64,000 bases of DNA from Octopus sinensis (Eukaryota), in assembly GCF_006345805.1 (NCBI RefSeq), contig NC_042997.1:178436001-178500000 (forward strand), in the 5' to 3' direction. The notes beneath the pieces are model-generated. The model was not told where the DNA came from, made no database searches, and was given only the letters and a program-made list of their open reading frames with translations. The translations under genes were made by a program, and so were the position numbers. Below are positions 39,329 to 53,156 of the stretch, one piece after another. Position 1 is the first letter of the stretch. Each line of letters starts with the position of its first letter.

Positions 39329-40009
39329 CGGTTTATTTCTTTATATTAAAAATTTTTATGTATTGATTAAGTCTTTCCTTGTTTGTTTTGCAAAGTAGTG
39401 GTTTTGTCTCGAATTATATTATATAATATTTTACTATAAAATTGGATTTAATCCTAAATCTGATTTTTCCCTGTAAATTTGGATTTATTCCCTAATATTT
39501 ATTATTATATATATATATATATATATATATATTGCATGTATATATGTATATTATATATATATGTGTGAGTGCAAAGAATCAATTCTGTACAAGAAATTTA
39601 TTTACAGAAAAATACAGAACACACCTAAATACGAACGCATAACCATCTTTGGTCTTAGTATATATTTCAATTAAAGTCCACATACCCACTACTGCAAATA
39701 CTTCATCTCACTACTTTAGCTGTTGAGTTTTTGTATATTTATTTATCCCCTCCCCACCAAAATACGAGCAATTACTTCCAAATAATAAAGATCACCAATT
39801 ACCTCTCCATAGATTTTTCTCTTTGTTGATTCATTCCATTCACAATTTCCTTTACGCAATATGGACTAAAGTCTGCTTAAGAAAATACGAAATTACAATA
39901 ATCTTAATGAAAGGATTAGCGAAAGCGAAACCGGTCGACAAACAACACTCTTTCGAATATATTAAAAAATATACTAAAAGTATGTAAATTGTGTGCATGT
40001 TACTTCTTT

Positions 40010-40093
<84 letters not shown>

Positions 40094-40254
40094 ACACATA
40101 TAAATGTATAATTGTATTTATGTACATGTGTATGCACATGCGTATGTATGTATCTATGTATGTATAAGTTCATATTACTTCTGAGTGTAAATATGTACGC
40201 GTGTATATGTTATATATATATGTACATATATATTTATTTATGTATGTATGTGCT

Positions 40255-40298
<44 letters not shown>

Positions 40299-41037
40299 CG
40301 GGTGAGTATGTGCATATAGATGTATATATGTAAGTGCATATGTATGAATTTATATTATGTGCGCATGTGTGTATTTATATATATATATATGTGCAGATAT
40401 CTATGTATACGTATATACAGATGTACCTCTATATATGTCTCCATATATATAGTATATTATATATATATATATATATGTAAGATGCATATATAACATTTGT
40501 ATATATATATACATATATGGGTGTATACTGGTGGGTCTGTGTGCGTAGTTATTTATACGTTAGCATAGCGAACGGAAAGAAGAGTACTCAGTGCAGAGAG
40601 GCAGAGTGTAAAGTATATGAATATGATCAATAAGAATTTATGATGTTACATAAGGTATCACGCTGGCATAAAAATCATGCTTGTATAAAATTTATGCCAC
40701 CATAAATATTTATGATGTCATTATTCGGTCTACAATTTCTGACTGAAAGACAAAGGTGGTTTTTATTCAGAATTTGCCAACCAAACTATATCCATTTTGA
40801 TGCAGATGTTGCTGGTGGTCATAAAACTTTGACGGCGCATATCACACAGTCACTAGACAGCGTGATGAAATAGCAGTTAGTTCTCTTTAAAAAACATTAT
40901 GCTACTTGTTTTGAAATAGAAAGGACACCTCAGATAATTATGTCTCATTTTTTTCCCCCCACCAAAAGGTGAGAACGACACGTTTGGTAATGGTCTTTCA
41001 TGATAAGCTTGCTCGATTAGGGTTTACGTGAACGACG

Positions 41038-41068
<31 letters not shown>

Positions 41069-41257
41069 CCAACAACAACAACAACAGCAGTTAGAAAGCA
41101 AAAACAACAAAATAAAGATACCAAATCCAATTACAACTATTATTTTAATGATGAATGATAGCGATAAATTGAAGAGCAATATGGTAATAATGATGATGAC
41201 GACGGCAGCGGTGGCAAAGTAAAGATTATGATAACAATAGCATCAACAACAATAACG

Positions 41258-41292
<35 letters not shown>

Positions 41293-41319
41293 AATAATAT
41301 TAATATTAATAATACACTG

Positions 41320-42200
41320 CATCCATGAGAAGTGGGATTTTCCCGGGAGACTCACTGCCATCCCTGCTTTTCTGCTTTTCTCTGATATCGCCAACAAACT
41401 TGTTAAACGAAACCACCATGGGTTACAGGTGCTATGGACAAATAATGAAACATCTCCTCAGACATATTCTATTCGCTGTGCATTCATGTTCACTTCGAGA
41501 TGAATTAGGGTCAGTGGACGTTGGAAGTAAAGAACATTGCCTGTGGCTGACGGACGGAAACCTGAAGCGAGAAACAAGATCACGAATTATGGCCGCTGGA
41601 AAACAAGCCATTCAAACGAATTTGATAAAGACCATGATTGATAATAAATAAATAAATAAATAAACTAAGTTAGGGAGCAAACGCTGAATTTGTGGAAAAG
41701 GAGACGAAAGTATTTACTATCTCTTAAGTGAACACTGTAAGCTAGTACTAAAAGAGTTTAAGCGTATGCATGACCGTGTTGGTAAAAGAGTGGATTGGAA
41801 TGTAAGCTGAGTGTATGGATTCAAAATGACAGAAAATTGGTATGAATACCAGTCAGAGGCTGTGATGGTGAATAATAATAATGATAGGACTTTATGAGAT
41901 TTCTTCAGAAAGCCTGACTTTATTATTAGAGCGAGTATACGAGATATAAATGTAGAGGACCTAAGAAGCAAAGAGTGTTATGTCATAGAATTTGCAATGC
42001 CGTATTCTAATAGAATGGATACCAAAGAAATAGAGAAAACTGAGAAATAATAGGACCCAGCCAGAGAGAGAAAGAGATTGTGGAAGACAATGTGACGAAT
42101 GTTATTGGTATGACTCCTAAACTATTACTAAAGATGCTGGAGAAGGTTTTATGCACATGATGTAGGGGAAAATGGCTGACGGAAGTGAAAGAGTAACAAA
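41320..42200 (+). pseudogene. Degenerate, internally deleted R4/Dong-type LINE (RT and RLE remnants)
   Basis: RSGIFPGDSLPSLLFC, LWLTDGNLKRETRSRIMAAGKQAIQT, HDRVG and CYVIEFAMPY segments; preceded by (ACA)n/(TAA)n. Confidence 0.75.
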
Positions 42201-42622
42201 AGTTAACTTTATTAAGGGAATAGTGGACATCAGGAGAAGGTAGGTGTATAGGAATGTGAGCATGGGTGCATGTATGTTGGCGGGCTGACCACAAAGTGAG
42301 TAGTGTTTAAAGAGAATCGATAGATGAAAAGGGTAGGGGTAGGAATTGTTGATTTAAAGGTGCCCATGAATGCAAAGAGTGCTGATGTGTAGAGGAATGC
42401 AAGTGTGAGTATATGTGCGTGTGTGTGTATGTGTACATTTAAAGTATTTGAGGAGCAGATATGTGTAGCATGCTAATGGGAGTGTTTGCATGCACGTATC
42501 ATACAGACAAGATCCTGGATGAACAGAGGGGTATTTATGTGAGGGTATGTGCTTGTAAATGTCAAGAATGTGAAGAGCAAAGTGTAGAAAAATGTATGTG
42601 TGAGTGAAGGCCAGTTAATGTG

Positions 42623-42665
<43 letters not shown>

Positions 42666-43042
42666 ACGCGTGTATGTATGTGTGTGAGAGAGAGAAAGAG
42701 AGTGCATGAAGGGTAGGCGTGTACGATTATGTGTCTTCGTTCCTGTATGTGTATGTGTGTCAAAGAGACAATATTTTAGGAGAACAGAAGTGTATGTGTG
42801 TATGTGTCTCTACGAGTGTATGTGTGTATGTGTGGGTATGCGTGTGTGTGTATGCATGCATGAGTGGAAGGTATAAATGTTTGTAGGGAAAAGTAACCGG
42901 AAATATGTGTATATTTGTGTATGTGTATTTTACAGTTTGCATGACAGCTTATTTTCCACCGAGAATAAATAAGATTCGACTCAATTATAATCGTTCTACT
43001 ATAGGCACAAGGCCTGAAATTTTTTTGGAGGAGTGGGACACT

Positions 43043-43734
43043 CGATTAGATCAAACCCAGTATGCAACTGGTACTTAATTTATCGACCCCGAAAGGATGA
43101 AAGGCAAAGTCAGAACGTAAATACAGACGAAATATATTTCTTTATTGCCCACAAGGGGCTAAACATAGAGGGGACAAACAAGGACAGACGAAGGGATTAA
43201 GTCGATTGCATCGACCCCAGTGCGTAACTGGTACTTAATTTATCGACCCCGAAATGATGAAAGGCAAAGTCGACCTCGGCGGAATTTGAACTCAGAACGT
43301 AGCTGCAGACGAAATACCTATTTCTTTACTACCCACAAGGGGCTAAACATAGAGGGGACAAACAAGGACAGACGAAGGGATTAAGTCGATTGCATCGACC
43401 CCAGTGCGTAACTGGTACTTAATTTATCGACCCCGAAAGGATGAAAGGCAAAGTCGACCTCGGCGGAATTTGAACTCAGAACGTAGCTGCAGACGAAATA
43501 CCTATTTCTTTATTACCCACAAGGGGCTAAACACAGAGGGGACAAACAAGGACAGACATAGGTATTAAGTCGATTACATCGACCCCAGTGCGTAACTGGT
43601 ACTTAATTTATCGACCCCGAAAGGATGAAAGGCATTTCGACCTCGGCGGAATTTGAACTCAGAACGTAGTAGCGGCAGACGAAATACCGCTAAGCGTTTC
43701 GCCCGGCGTACTAACGATTCTGCCAATTCGCCAC
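43043..43734 (-). mobile_element. SINE family B with about 3.5 tandem 3' units
   Basis: Repeated cccacaaggggctaaac...cgacctcggcggaatttgaactcagaacg; head near 43734. Confidence 0.9.
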
Positions 43735-44094
43735 CTTATGACTCAATTATAATGAGCACAGACTTCCTCGTTTCGCATTAAAAATAATTTGAATATACTT
43801 TGAGAAGACCAACTATATTACTGGCCACTCTTCTCAATCGTACAAATCAAGCTACAACAACTCGTATAGGAGAGCTTTGCAAAAATCATACAATTTCGCA
43901 AGTTAATGACGATCCAGCCAGATACCACTAATAGTAAATTTAATGAAGCTGCAAATATTACGACTGATAGGAGACCATTGGCAACAGTAGATTGGCCAGC
44001 GTTGAGTGTAGAACGTGTTTTACGTTGCGGACTATCCATTATAGAAACGGTAAAAAAAAATGGGGAGAAAGAGATAGAGAAAGAGGAAAAGATG

Positions 44095-44136
44095 AGTTGA
44101 TGATGATGATGATGACGATGATGATGATGATGATGA

Positions 44137-44182
<46 letters not shown>

Positions 44183-44198
44183 CGATGATGACGATGAC

Positions 44199-44240
<42 letters not shown>
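44095..44240. repeat. (GAT)n microsatellite
   Basis: Directly visible. Confidence 0.95.
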
Positions 44241-44795
44241 CGGAATGGTGCTGCTAGTGGTCGGTGGCGATGGTAGTGCTGGTGCTGGTGTCGGTTGTAG
44301 TAGGAGCGGTACTCATGTTCTTGACGTTCTTGATACTGTACTGTTGCGTTAATGTACAACGACGAACGATAAAATACCAAAAAAAAGAGAAAAAAAAATG
44401 ATTCGATAAGAACAAGAACAACACCATTGTAACTACTGTCACCATAACCAACTACAACAACTACATCAATTACTACTTCAATAATAATTATAAGATAGAA
44501 TAAATGGAGAAAAGAAGAGAAAAATCTGGGATTTGATATACATACATACATACACATATATATTACATGCACACCCACACACCCACACATATATATGTAT
44601 ATATTTATATGTATAATAGTGTATAAACAATTTACGTATTTATACACAAAGGACACTTACATGCTAGAAAGAGCAGTTAAAGCCTAAACCTCGAATAAGA
44701 GCAATTTCAAAGGGAATGAGAATAAAAAAAATATTCTTGTAGTTACCCTCAAACTCGAGTTTCTGTATCAATGTGCAAAATAAATTAACTTGCCA

Positions 44796-45112
44796 TCCGT
44801 ACTTCTTCAGTGAGGGCGCTAAAATTAATGCATATTTATGTAGCAAATAGCACCGAAAACACGCGTGCTACATACTTATATGTTATAATTTTTAAATCCA
44901 CCGCGTAAGCGCAGTTACATTCGGCAGCAAATAATGATAAAAATTAAAACTGCGTACCAGAAATACTTTGAGACTACGAAAATGTTACAGTGAAAATAAT
45001 AAGGGTAGAAAATTTAGAAAAACTATAATGCATAAATATGTAACATGTGTGTTTTCGGTGCTATTTGCGGCATAAATATGCATCAATTTTAGCGCCTTTA
45101 CAGAACTACGGG
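44796..45112. mobile_element. MITE-like element with imperfect terminal inverted repeats of about 80 bp
   Basis: gcgctaaaattaatgcatatttatgtagcaaatagcaccgaaaacac vs gtgttttcggtgctatttgcggcataaatatgcatcaattttagcgc. Confidence 0.7.
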
Positions 45113-45668
45113 TAGCAAATTAATTTATGAGGCACCCGTTTTCCAAGTTTAGGAACTTTTCCAAGTCGTTGAAGATGACGATGAACAGTTGTATGGTTTG
45201 AACTAAGCTTTATTGCCAATTCTTCAACTGATAATGCAGGATTTTCTTCAAGTAACGCCTCAAGGAGCTTATTATCAAACTCAACTGGATGTCCTGTTCG
45301 ATCTTCATCTTCAAGGCAGAAATCCCCCACTTCTGAATTATGGAAACCATCTTCTGCAAGTTCTTTCATTCAAGCATTCTTTCCCATAAACTGAGTGAAT
45401 GTTTCGAGTCGCTTCGGCTGCAGAGTTTCCATTTTTGTATTCATAAAGCATTATGTGCCTCAAATGCTCTTTGGTTACTTCCTTGTTAGAAAAGATTTTA
45501 ATCAAAGAAATTTCAATTCTATTATTCTGTAAAATAATATTTAATTAGTTTAAATGTACACAAATGCATAAAAATAATTTTTAATTCCATTAGACATTCT
45601 AAGATGCTATTATATTTCATTCAATTTCAAAAAAGGTAAAATCGGACAGAACTTATGGGATGACCTGA
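45113..45668 (-). mobile_element. 5' half of a mariner element (second family) with transposase HTH remnant
   Basis: FCLEDEDRTGHPVEFDNKLLEALLEENPALSVEELAIKLSSNHTTVHRHLQRLGKVPKLGKRVPHKL; TIR TCAGGTCATCCCATAAGTTCTGTCCG preceded by TA. Confidence 0.88.
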
Positions 45669-45762
45669 TAAATATTGTCATATAAGTGAGGATCTACTTA
45701 CATGCAAACATACGCGCACGCGCACACACATTTATGTATAAGTGAGACATGCACTCCTACGT

Positions 45763-45981
45763 CAGTGCTTTTCAAACTTTTTGCTGGAGCGGAACCCCAA
45801 GGAAACATCCCACTGGCTCGAGGAACCCCTGTGCAATAATTTAATAGTCTTATGCACACATATCTGCACAGGAGAATTAAAAATTACTGCCGATTTTAGC
45901 AGTTTTGTAACATCTTGCGGAACCCCTAGACTGTACTGGCGGAACCCTAAGGTTCCGCGGAACCCTGGTTGAAAACCACTG
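45763..45981. mobile_element. hAT (Charlie-like) MITE with a perfect 8-bp target-site duplication
   Basis: TIRs cagtgcttttcaa / ttgaaaaccactg; tcctacgt at 45755-45762 and 45982-45989. Confidence 0.93.
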
Positions 45982-46346
45982 TCCTACGTACATATAAACG
46001 CATACATATGCATACATACGTATATACATACATACATTCACACGTACATACACAGATGCATACATTCATACATGCCAATATACATACATGCATATGTGTT
46101 TGTATATATACATATATATATATATATATGTTTACTCTCGGAATATGGATGTTGTGAGGTTTTGAGATTGATTGGAAAACAAAATGACTCCTGTTTTCTA
46201 GAGAAGATGAGTACGCTATAAATTCTTTATTTTGTGAAATAGTTTTGCTGTATCTCTTGGCTTCCATCTGCTCTCAAAAACAGCTTCCATTCCGTATTGC
46301 TGGACCTACTTTTTCCGCCTTTCAAATACGAACAGACACACACACA

Positions 46347-46396
<50 letters not shown>

Positions 46397-46508
46397 GCAC
46401 ACACACACACACACACACACACACGCGTAAGCTTTCATTTTTCTTTCTGGCTCTCTTTATACATACATATACATGCCTGCATTCATACATGCGTACGTGT
46501 GTAAATGC

Positions 46509-46543
<35 letters not shown>

Positions 46544-46590
46544 TGTATATATATATGTGTGTGTGTGTGAGTATGTATATACATATATAT

Positions 46591-46648
<58 letters not shown>

Positions 46649-46989
46649 ATATATATATATATACATACATACAAATATATGCACATATACATACGTGTAT
46701 ATATATATAAGATATATATATATATATAATTTTTCTCCTCTGTCTCTGTTAATAATTCAGGCAAGTTCTTTTGAAGATTTCTCCTTCGCTGGCAAAGAGA
46801 TCGACCATTTTCAGTAGATGGTGATGGTGGTGGTGGTGGTGGTGGTAATGGTGGTGGTGGTGGTAGTAGTTGTCGTGGAGTTTGAGTAACTTGGAGTGGT
46901 ATAACGTAGTGGTGTTCGTGACGGGAGGTGGGGGATGTTTATGTGATGGTTGTTGTATGGTGAAAGTTGTAACTGCAGGAGGCAAGGAA

Positions 46990-46992
46990 AAA

Positions 46993-47049
<57 letters not shown>

Positions 47050-47050
47050 A

Positions 47051-47114
<64 letters not shown>

Positions 47115-47170
47115 TTATCTTTTTATTATTATTATTATTATCATCATTTTTATTATTATTATTATCATCA

Positions 47171-47230
<60 letters not shown>

Positions 47231-47261
47231 TTAATATTATTATTATTTTTATTATTATTAA

Positions 47262-47315
<54 letters not shown>

Positions 47316-47320
47316 CTTAT
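46990..47320. repeat. Long (ATT)n microsatellite
   Basis: About 330 bp of ATT repeats with interruptions. Confidence 0.95.
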
Positions 47321-47769
47321 TATTACTTGTAGTTGTAGTGATAGTGCAAATAGTAGTTGTGGTAGTAGTAGTAGAAGCAAGTGAAACTATAGAGTAAACA
47401 AGATGTATCGATTCTCTCCCCCTACTTACTCTCCATAATTTTTTTCTTTTTCTTTTCCTTTTTTTTATTTTTCTTCCTTACATCATACCATTTACTTCGG
47501 ACAATCTCTTTGGCAAAGTATCCTATTAACATCAACAACAAATAACAGCAGCAACAACAACAACAACAACAACGACCGATGATGAGAACAACATCGATAA
47601 CAACAACAACAACGACAACAAGCGCAACAACAATAACAACAACAAAAGTAAGAACTATATCAACAGCAACATAACAACAACAAAAACAACTTAAACACAC
47701 CTCCGTCAACGACAAAGACAACAGCGACATCTGCAACTACAAGTAATGAAATAAAAAGACACATAACAC

Positions 47770-47871
<102 letters not shown>

Positions 47872-48395
47872 ATATATGTATATATGTATATATATATCAA
47901 TAATGTATTAGTTTCTCTCTTGGCTCTCATTCTACTTCCTTTGCACCCTTTCCAAACCTATTTACTCATCCAACATTACCCCCCACACACACACATATAC
48001 ACACACATTTACACACTCACACACAGATACACACATGCATCACTTCATTGTTCTCCCTGTCCCTACTCCTCACCGCGTCCCCGTTTAACCCACGCAACAT
48101 TTTTTCTTTCCACACTCCATTTTTCTTTACTCTGTTTTTCCTTCCATTCTGTTTTCCTCTTCAACCGCACTTCCTATGATATCTTTAACTACATGGCATC
48201 ATATGTGTTTGGTTTCTTTCCTCGTTTCTTTCTTTCTCTATTTCTTTTATTTCTTTCTTTCCTTCCATTTTTCTAAGATGGATTCTGGTCTTCCAAATAT
48301 TTTCTATTATTCAGATACATACATACCCATATATACTCACATATATACGGAGACATACATAATGTACGCGTATTTGTATGTGCGATTCGAGTATA

Positions 48396-48427
<32 letters not shown>

Positions 48428-48629
48428 TTGCGAATGTTTCGTCACCCATATATATCACGTGAACACATAACAAACACACTAACATTAGCACCTTTATTTC
48501 TTTCTCTCTTTCTCTCTTTGTGTATACATACATACCTACATATATGTAAATATGAATGCATACACACACGTAAGCGCATGTACACGCACATACATACACA
48601 CATATGTTATTTAGAAGCAATGCAAGGAG

Positions 48630-48672
48630 ATTAGGACTTCAGAGTTTCACCACTAGTAGTTCGTCAGACAAT
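48630..48672 (-). ncRNA. Hammerhead ribozyme core with a weakened stem I
   Basis: Minus strand ATTGT-CTGACGA-ACTA CTAG TGGT-GAAA-CT CTGA AG-TC-CTAAT; core and GUC site are intact, the first stem I pair is mismatched. Confidence 0.6.
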
Positions 48673-48790
48673 TAAATAAGTAATATGCTTGTTAGAATAA
48701 ATATCTTGATGAAGCTAGAGTGGCTAAGTAATGATTGTGGAATTGTGAAACGCTTGTTTGAAGGAAGAAATAGAGATAGTAAAATCCCTT

Positions 48791-48866
<76 letters not shown>

Positions 48867-49010
48867 ACACATATATAGAGCAGACTGGAACAACGGGAAA
48901 TACAAAGATACAACGCGTCGCCGGGAATTGAACTCACGATCTTACTATCATCAGCCGAATACCATAACTAGAAAGCCACGGACCTTCACACAAACACATG
49001 TATATATATA

Positions 49011-49110
49011 NNNNNNNNNNNNNNNNNNNNNNNNNNNNNNNNNNNNNNNNNNNNNNNNNNNNNNNNNNNNNNNNNNNNNNNNNNNNNNNNNNNNNNNNNN
49101 NNNNNNNNNN
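49011..49110. other. Assembly gap (100 N)
   Basis: Run of n; a fixed size of 100 suggests a scaffolding gap. Confidence 0.99.
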
Positions 49111-49134
49111 CCTCTTCTTCATCATATTTGTATC

Positions 49135-49318
49135 TACCTTCTACTTTTTAATTCTTTCAGTCATTGGACAACGGCCATGTTGGGCCACCACCTTAGAAGT
49201 ACCACCTGGTACTTATTCTATCAGGTTCCTTTTGCCAAACTGCTAAGTTACGTAAATAAACCAGCATCGGCTGTCAAGCGGGGGATGATGGACAAACACA
49301 TACGCAAAAATACGCACG

Positions 49319-49392
<74 letters not shown>

Positions 49393-49560
49393 AATATATT
49401 TATATACGACGGGCTTCTTTCAGTTTCCCTCCAAATTTACTCACAAGGCTTTGGTCGGCCCAGCGTTATTTATAGTAGAAGACATTTGCCCAAGGTGCCA
49501 CGCAGCGGGATTGAACCTAGAACCATGTGGCTGAAAAGAAAACTACTCACCTCATAGTCA
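49135..49560 (-). mobile_element. Diverged SINE family A
   Basis: Tail, body and head remnants. Confidence 0.7.
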
Positions 49561-49653
49561 TTCCAGTGACTCTTTAATGATGCATATCTTATCATGAGTA
49601 TTTCCATATTCTTATATGTATTTCAGGTATTTTTCATTATATCTTTTGGGCTT

Positions 49654-49694
<41 letters not shown>

Positions 49695-49699
49695 GCGGC

Positions 49700-49900
49700 C
49701 ATGCTGGAGCAACCCACTTTTCGCACAGTTTCCAATGTAGCATTTTCGCTACCTTGGTCGTGTCGTAACAACTGGAAGTGGTTTTGGGAAAGTCTAGGCC
49801 ATTCGTTCGTAATATGGCCAATGGCTTCATCCACTCTGTTGCAGATGCGGCACCGCGTAGACATTTGCTCTTTCCTCAGGTTGACCATCCAGTTTGTGAT
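49700..49900 (-). pseudogene. R4/Dong-type zinc-knuckle fragment next to (TAA)n
   Basis: CRICNRVDEAIGHIT...LLRHDQ followed by frameshifted MLHWKLCEKW; a (TAA)n run lies at its 5' side on the minus strand. Confidence 0.7.
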
Positions 49901-49901
49901 C

Positions 49902-49942
<41 letters not shown>

Positions 49943-49990
49943 GTAGTAGTAGTAGTAGTGGTTGTATTAGTAGCAGTAGTAGTAGTAATA

Positions 49991-50385
49991 GTAGGAGTGA
50001 CTGTGTGGTAAGTAGCTTGCTTACGAACTACATGGTCCCGGGTTCAGTCCCACTGCGTGGCACCTTGGGCAAGTTTCTTCTACTATAACCTCGGGCCGAC
50101 CAAAGCCTTGTGAGTGAATTTGGTAGACAGAAACTGAAAGAAGCCCGTCGTATATATGTATATGTATATATATATATGTGTTTGTGTGTCTGTGTTTGTC
50201 CCCCCCCCAACATCGCTTGACAACCGATGCTGGTGTGTTTACGTCCCCGTAGTTTAGCGGTTCGGCAAAAGAAACCGATAGAATACTAGGCTTACAAAGA
50301 ATAAGTCCTAGGGTCGATTTGCTCGATCGACTAAAGGCGGTGCTCCAGCATGGCCACAGTCAAATTATTGAAACAAGTAAAAGAG
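49991..50385 (+). mobile_element. SINE family A inserted in a (GTA)n array
   Basis: Head, body and tail; (GTA)n on both sides. Confidence 0.9.
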
Positions 50386-50392
50386 TAGTAGT

Positions 50393-50448
<56 letters not shown>

Positions 50449-50835
50449 TTCATATCGTTATCGTTGCTAAAATTACATCTATATCCTGATTTTTCCATTA
50501 CTTGAGTTACTATACACTCAAAGGAGGAAACTCTGTTGTTTTAATTGCAACTCGGTATAACTCACCGGAGCAAATTTGCCTAAAATATTTAAAACGTATT
50601 GAATGGAGCTGGGAGCTAGGAATTCACCATAATTGACTGACTAATAAATTCTCGCTCTCTCAAAGATAGCTTCAATTCAGTGGTTGCTATAGGTAATCAA
50701 TATTTTTAACCAACACTAAACTGACATGTTTAGTCGAAGCAATAAGTAATTGAAATGACACAAATCTAGATATCGTGTTGATTGATGGTTGTCTTTAAAA
50801 CCTGAGGCAAGGAACGTCTGCTTGTCTCGTATGTG

Positions 50836-50869
<34 letters not shown>

Positions 50870-51197
50870 TGTATGTATGTATGTATGTATGTATAAATGT
50901 ATAAATATATGTGTGAGTGTATGTGTGTGTATGTATGTATCTATGTATCTATGTAAATATATAACTGTATATATGTGTATATAAGTAAATGAATAGACGT
51001 ATGTATGTACACGTATTAATATGTATATTTATATGTATATATATATATATGTGTGTATATATATATATATATTTTTATATATGTATATGTGTATATATAT
51101 ATATATATATGTGTATATATATATGTATATATGTGTATATATATATATATACACATACATACATATACATTTTTATTTGTGTGTGGATCTATCTATC

Positions 51198-51280
<83 letters not shown>

Positions 51281-51282
<2 letters not shown>

Positions 51283-52540
51283 CTTTTATTCGTTTTAGCC
51301 ATGTGGCTGCGGTCATGCTGGACGTCCACCGTGATTTTTGCACATTTACATACCATTCTTCATTGGCTGATTTCTTCATGGTGGTGGCATTTCATATCAC
51401 CCTTCCTGCATGCACTTTTCAGTTTGTTGTTGGCTCCTTTGGTATATGAAGGAGTTTGACACAGCTGCCCTCATCTCTACTTCTTGTCGGGGCCGTTGGT
51501 TCATCAGGTATTGCAGAGAGGAGAATGCTCAGTTCCTTTTTGAAGACATCCGTGTCCACATTGTGTAGGTTTCTTAATTATTTTGGCAGGGTATGGAAGA
51601 GTTGTGGGCCTTTGAAACCTACTCTATTGCTATACCTAGTCGTGACTTTTGATGGAGTGGACAGTTCCTTCGGTACAGTATAATGGCGTCCACTCAATGC
51701 CGAAATTAGATACTAGCCCTCCAAGAATTTTCTATATGTAGATTATTACATATCTGTTTCAACTTCGCACCAGGGAGTAACATCGTTATTTTTTATAAGC
51801 CTCTCCCTCTAGCTCATTTGTTGCACTCTTACGATCTTTTTAGTTTAGTGATGTTGGACCACTTCAAGCTCTGCTGCTAGTTTGGCGGTATGTGGTGACC
51901 ACATCTAAGAACGGTAGTCCAGGCGGCTGGGAACAAAGGTCCTCCGCAGGGTCAACACGGCATTTTGGTGTCTTGTTTTGAAGGACTTTAGTATTCATCC
52001 TGCCAGTTGTCTGCACTTTGTTGCCATCTTGGTGATGTGCATATGAAATGGTGTATCATTACACATACTGATCCTCAAATCTCACTGTCTGTGTATCTGG
52101 GATTGCAGTACCTTCGGATCCGGTATATGCAGGCTGCGGTGCATTTGCATGCTGATAGCGCAGTATTTGAGTTTTTTCATCATCAACCTGCATGTTGTTT
52201 TTTTCTGCCCATTTGTATATTGCATTTAGGTCCCAATGTAAGCTTGACATTGTCTAGATTTTTTATTGCACGTGATAATTTTGTATCATCGGCGTAGCTA
52301 GTGATAGTGGCTGTCGGAGTGATCATGGGCATGTATAAGGGAGCTATTATAAACAGTAATGGTCCCAAGATAGTTCCTTGGGGGATGCCACTCAAAATGT
52401 GTATTCCCTCAGAGAAGGCACTATTGGCTGTAATTGCATGACTTCTTTCTTTTAGGAAGTCATGCAGTCACTCTTCCAGTTTACCAGCTATAGCAAGCTC
52501 TCACAGCTTGTGGCATATCGTACAATGATCTTACTAGTTC
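51281..52540 (-). mobile_element. Degenerate CR1/L2-type LINE: RT fragment, C-terminus and 3' tail
   Basis: SGIPQGTILGPLLFII, SYADDTKL, DLNAIYKWAEKNNM and FKGPQLFHTLPK*LRNLHNVDTDVFKKEL...IPDEP. Confidence 0.85.
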
Positions 52541-52867
52541 ATATCATGCCATGAATATTATTAGTTTCTGATGATTCATTCCATGACTTTACTGATATGT
52601 GAAGTCAGGGAGATTTGCCTGTAGATTTTAGCCTCTGCTCTGCTCCCTTCTTTGTGGATAGGGGATATAATGCCTTCTTTTAGCTTATTCGGAAGCTTAC
52701 CACTTGCAAAGAAACTCTTGAAAAGTATCTGAAGTGGTTTCGATAAAAGCCTGGTAACACGAATTCAGGGGAATAACTGGGAAGCCACCGGGACCAGCTG
52801 CTGAGTAATGGCCACTGTTGCATCAGCCTTCTCAATGTCCATGTAATCGATGGTTGCCGCCCTCGTC

Positions 52868-52904
<37 letters not shown>

Positions 52905-53156
52905 GCGTGTGTGTGTGTGGATATGTGTGTATGTATGAGTACGTACATGCATATATGTTTGTGTGTGTATATGTATGCGTGCGTATACATGTTTGTGTGA
53001 GTATGTACGTATGAAGACGTTGTGAACGCAAGAAGTTTATGTCTATGTGTCGTGAGAATATGGTTGCGTGTATTTTTATCTTTCTTTTTTTGTTTTCTAC
53101 CTATTCGAGTAACTTCCCCTTTATTCAACGGTTTTTCATAGACTCTATTACCATTA

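Larger units (their letters stand above)
39086..39417. repeat. Perfect fold-back palindrome (165-bp arms, 2-nt loop), with an outer inverted pair at about 38968-39063 / 39727-39812
   Basis: 39086-39250 reads as the exact reverse complement of 39253-39417 by manual comparison. Confidence 0.95.

Noticed and set aside
44039-44656. 205-aa minus-strand ORF containing YQERQEHEYRSYYNRH
   Set aside because: It is kept open by (ATC)n and other trinucleotide repeats; there is no clear donor and no recognisable domain.
48685-49557. 290-aa ORF
   Set aside because: It spans the N gap, AC microsatellites and a SINE.
50550-50600. Strong minus-strand donor CCG|GTGAGT with a possible 14-nt microexon
   Set aside because: Too short to distinguish from chance without transcript data.
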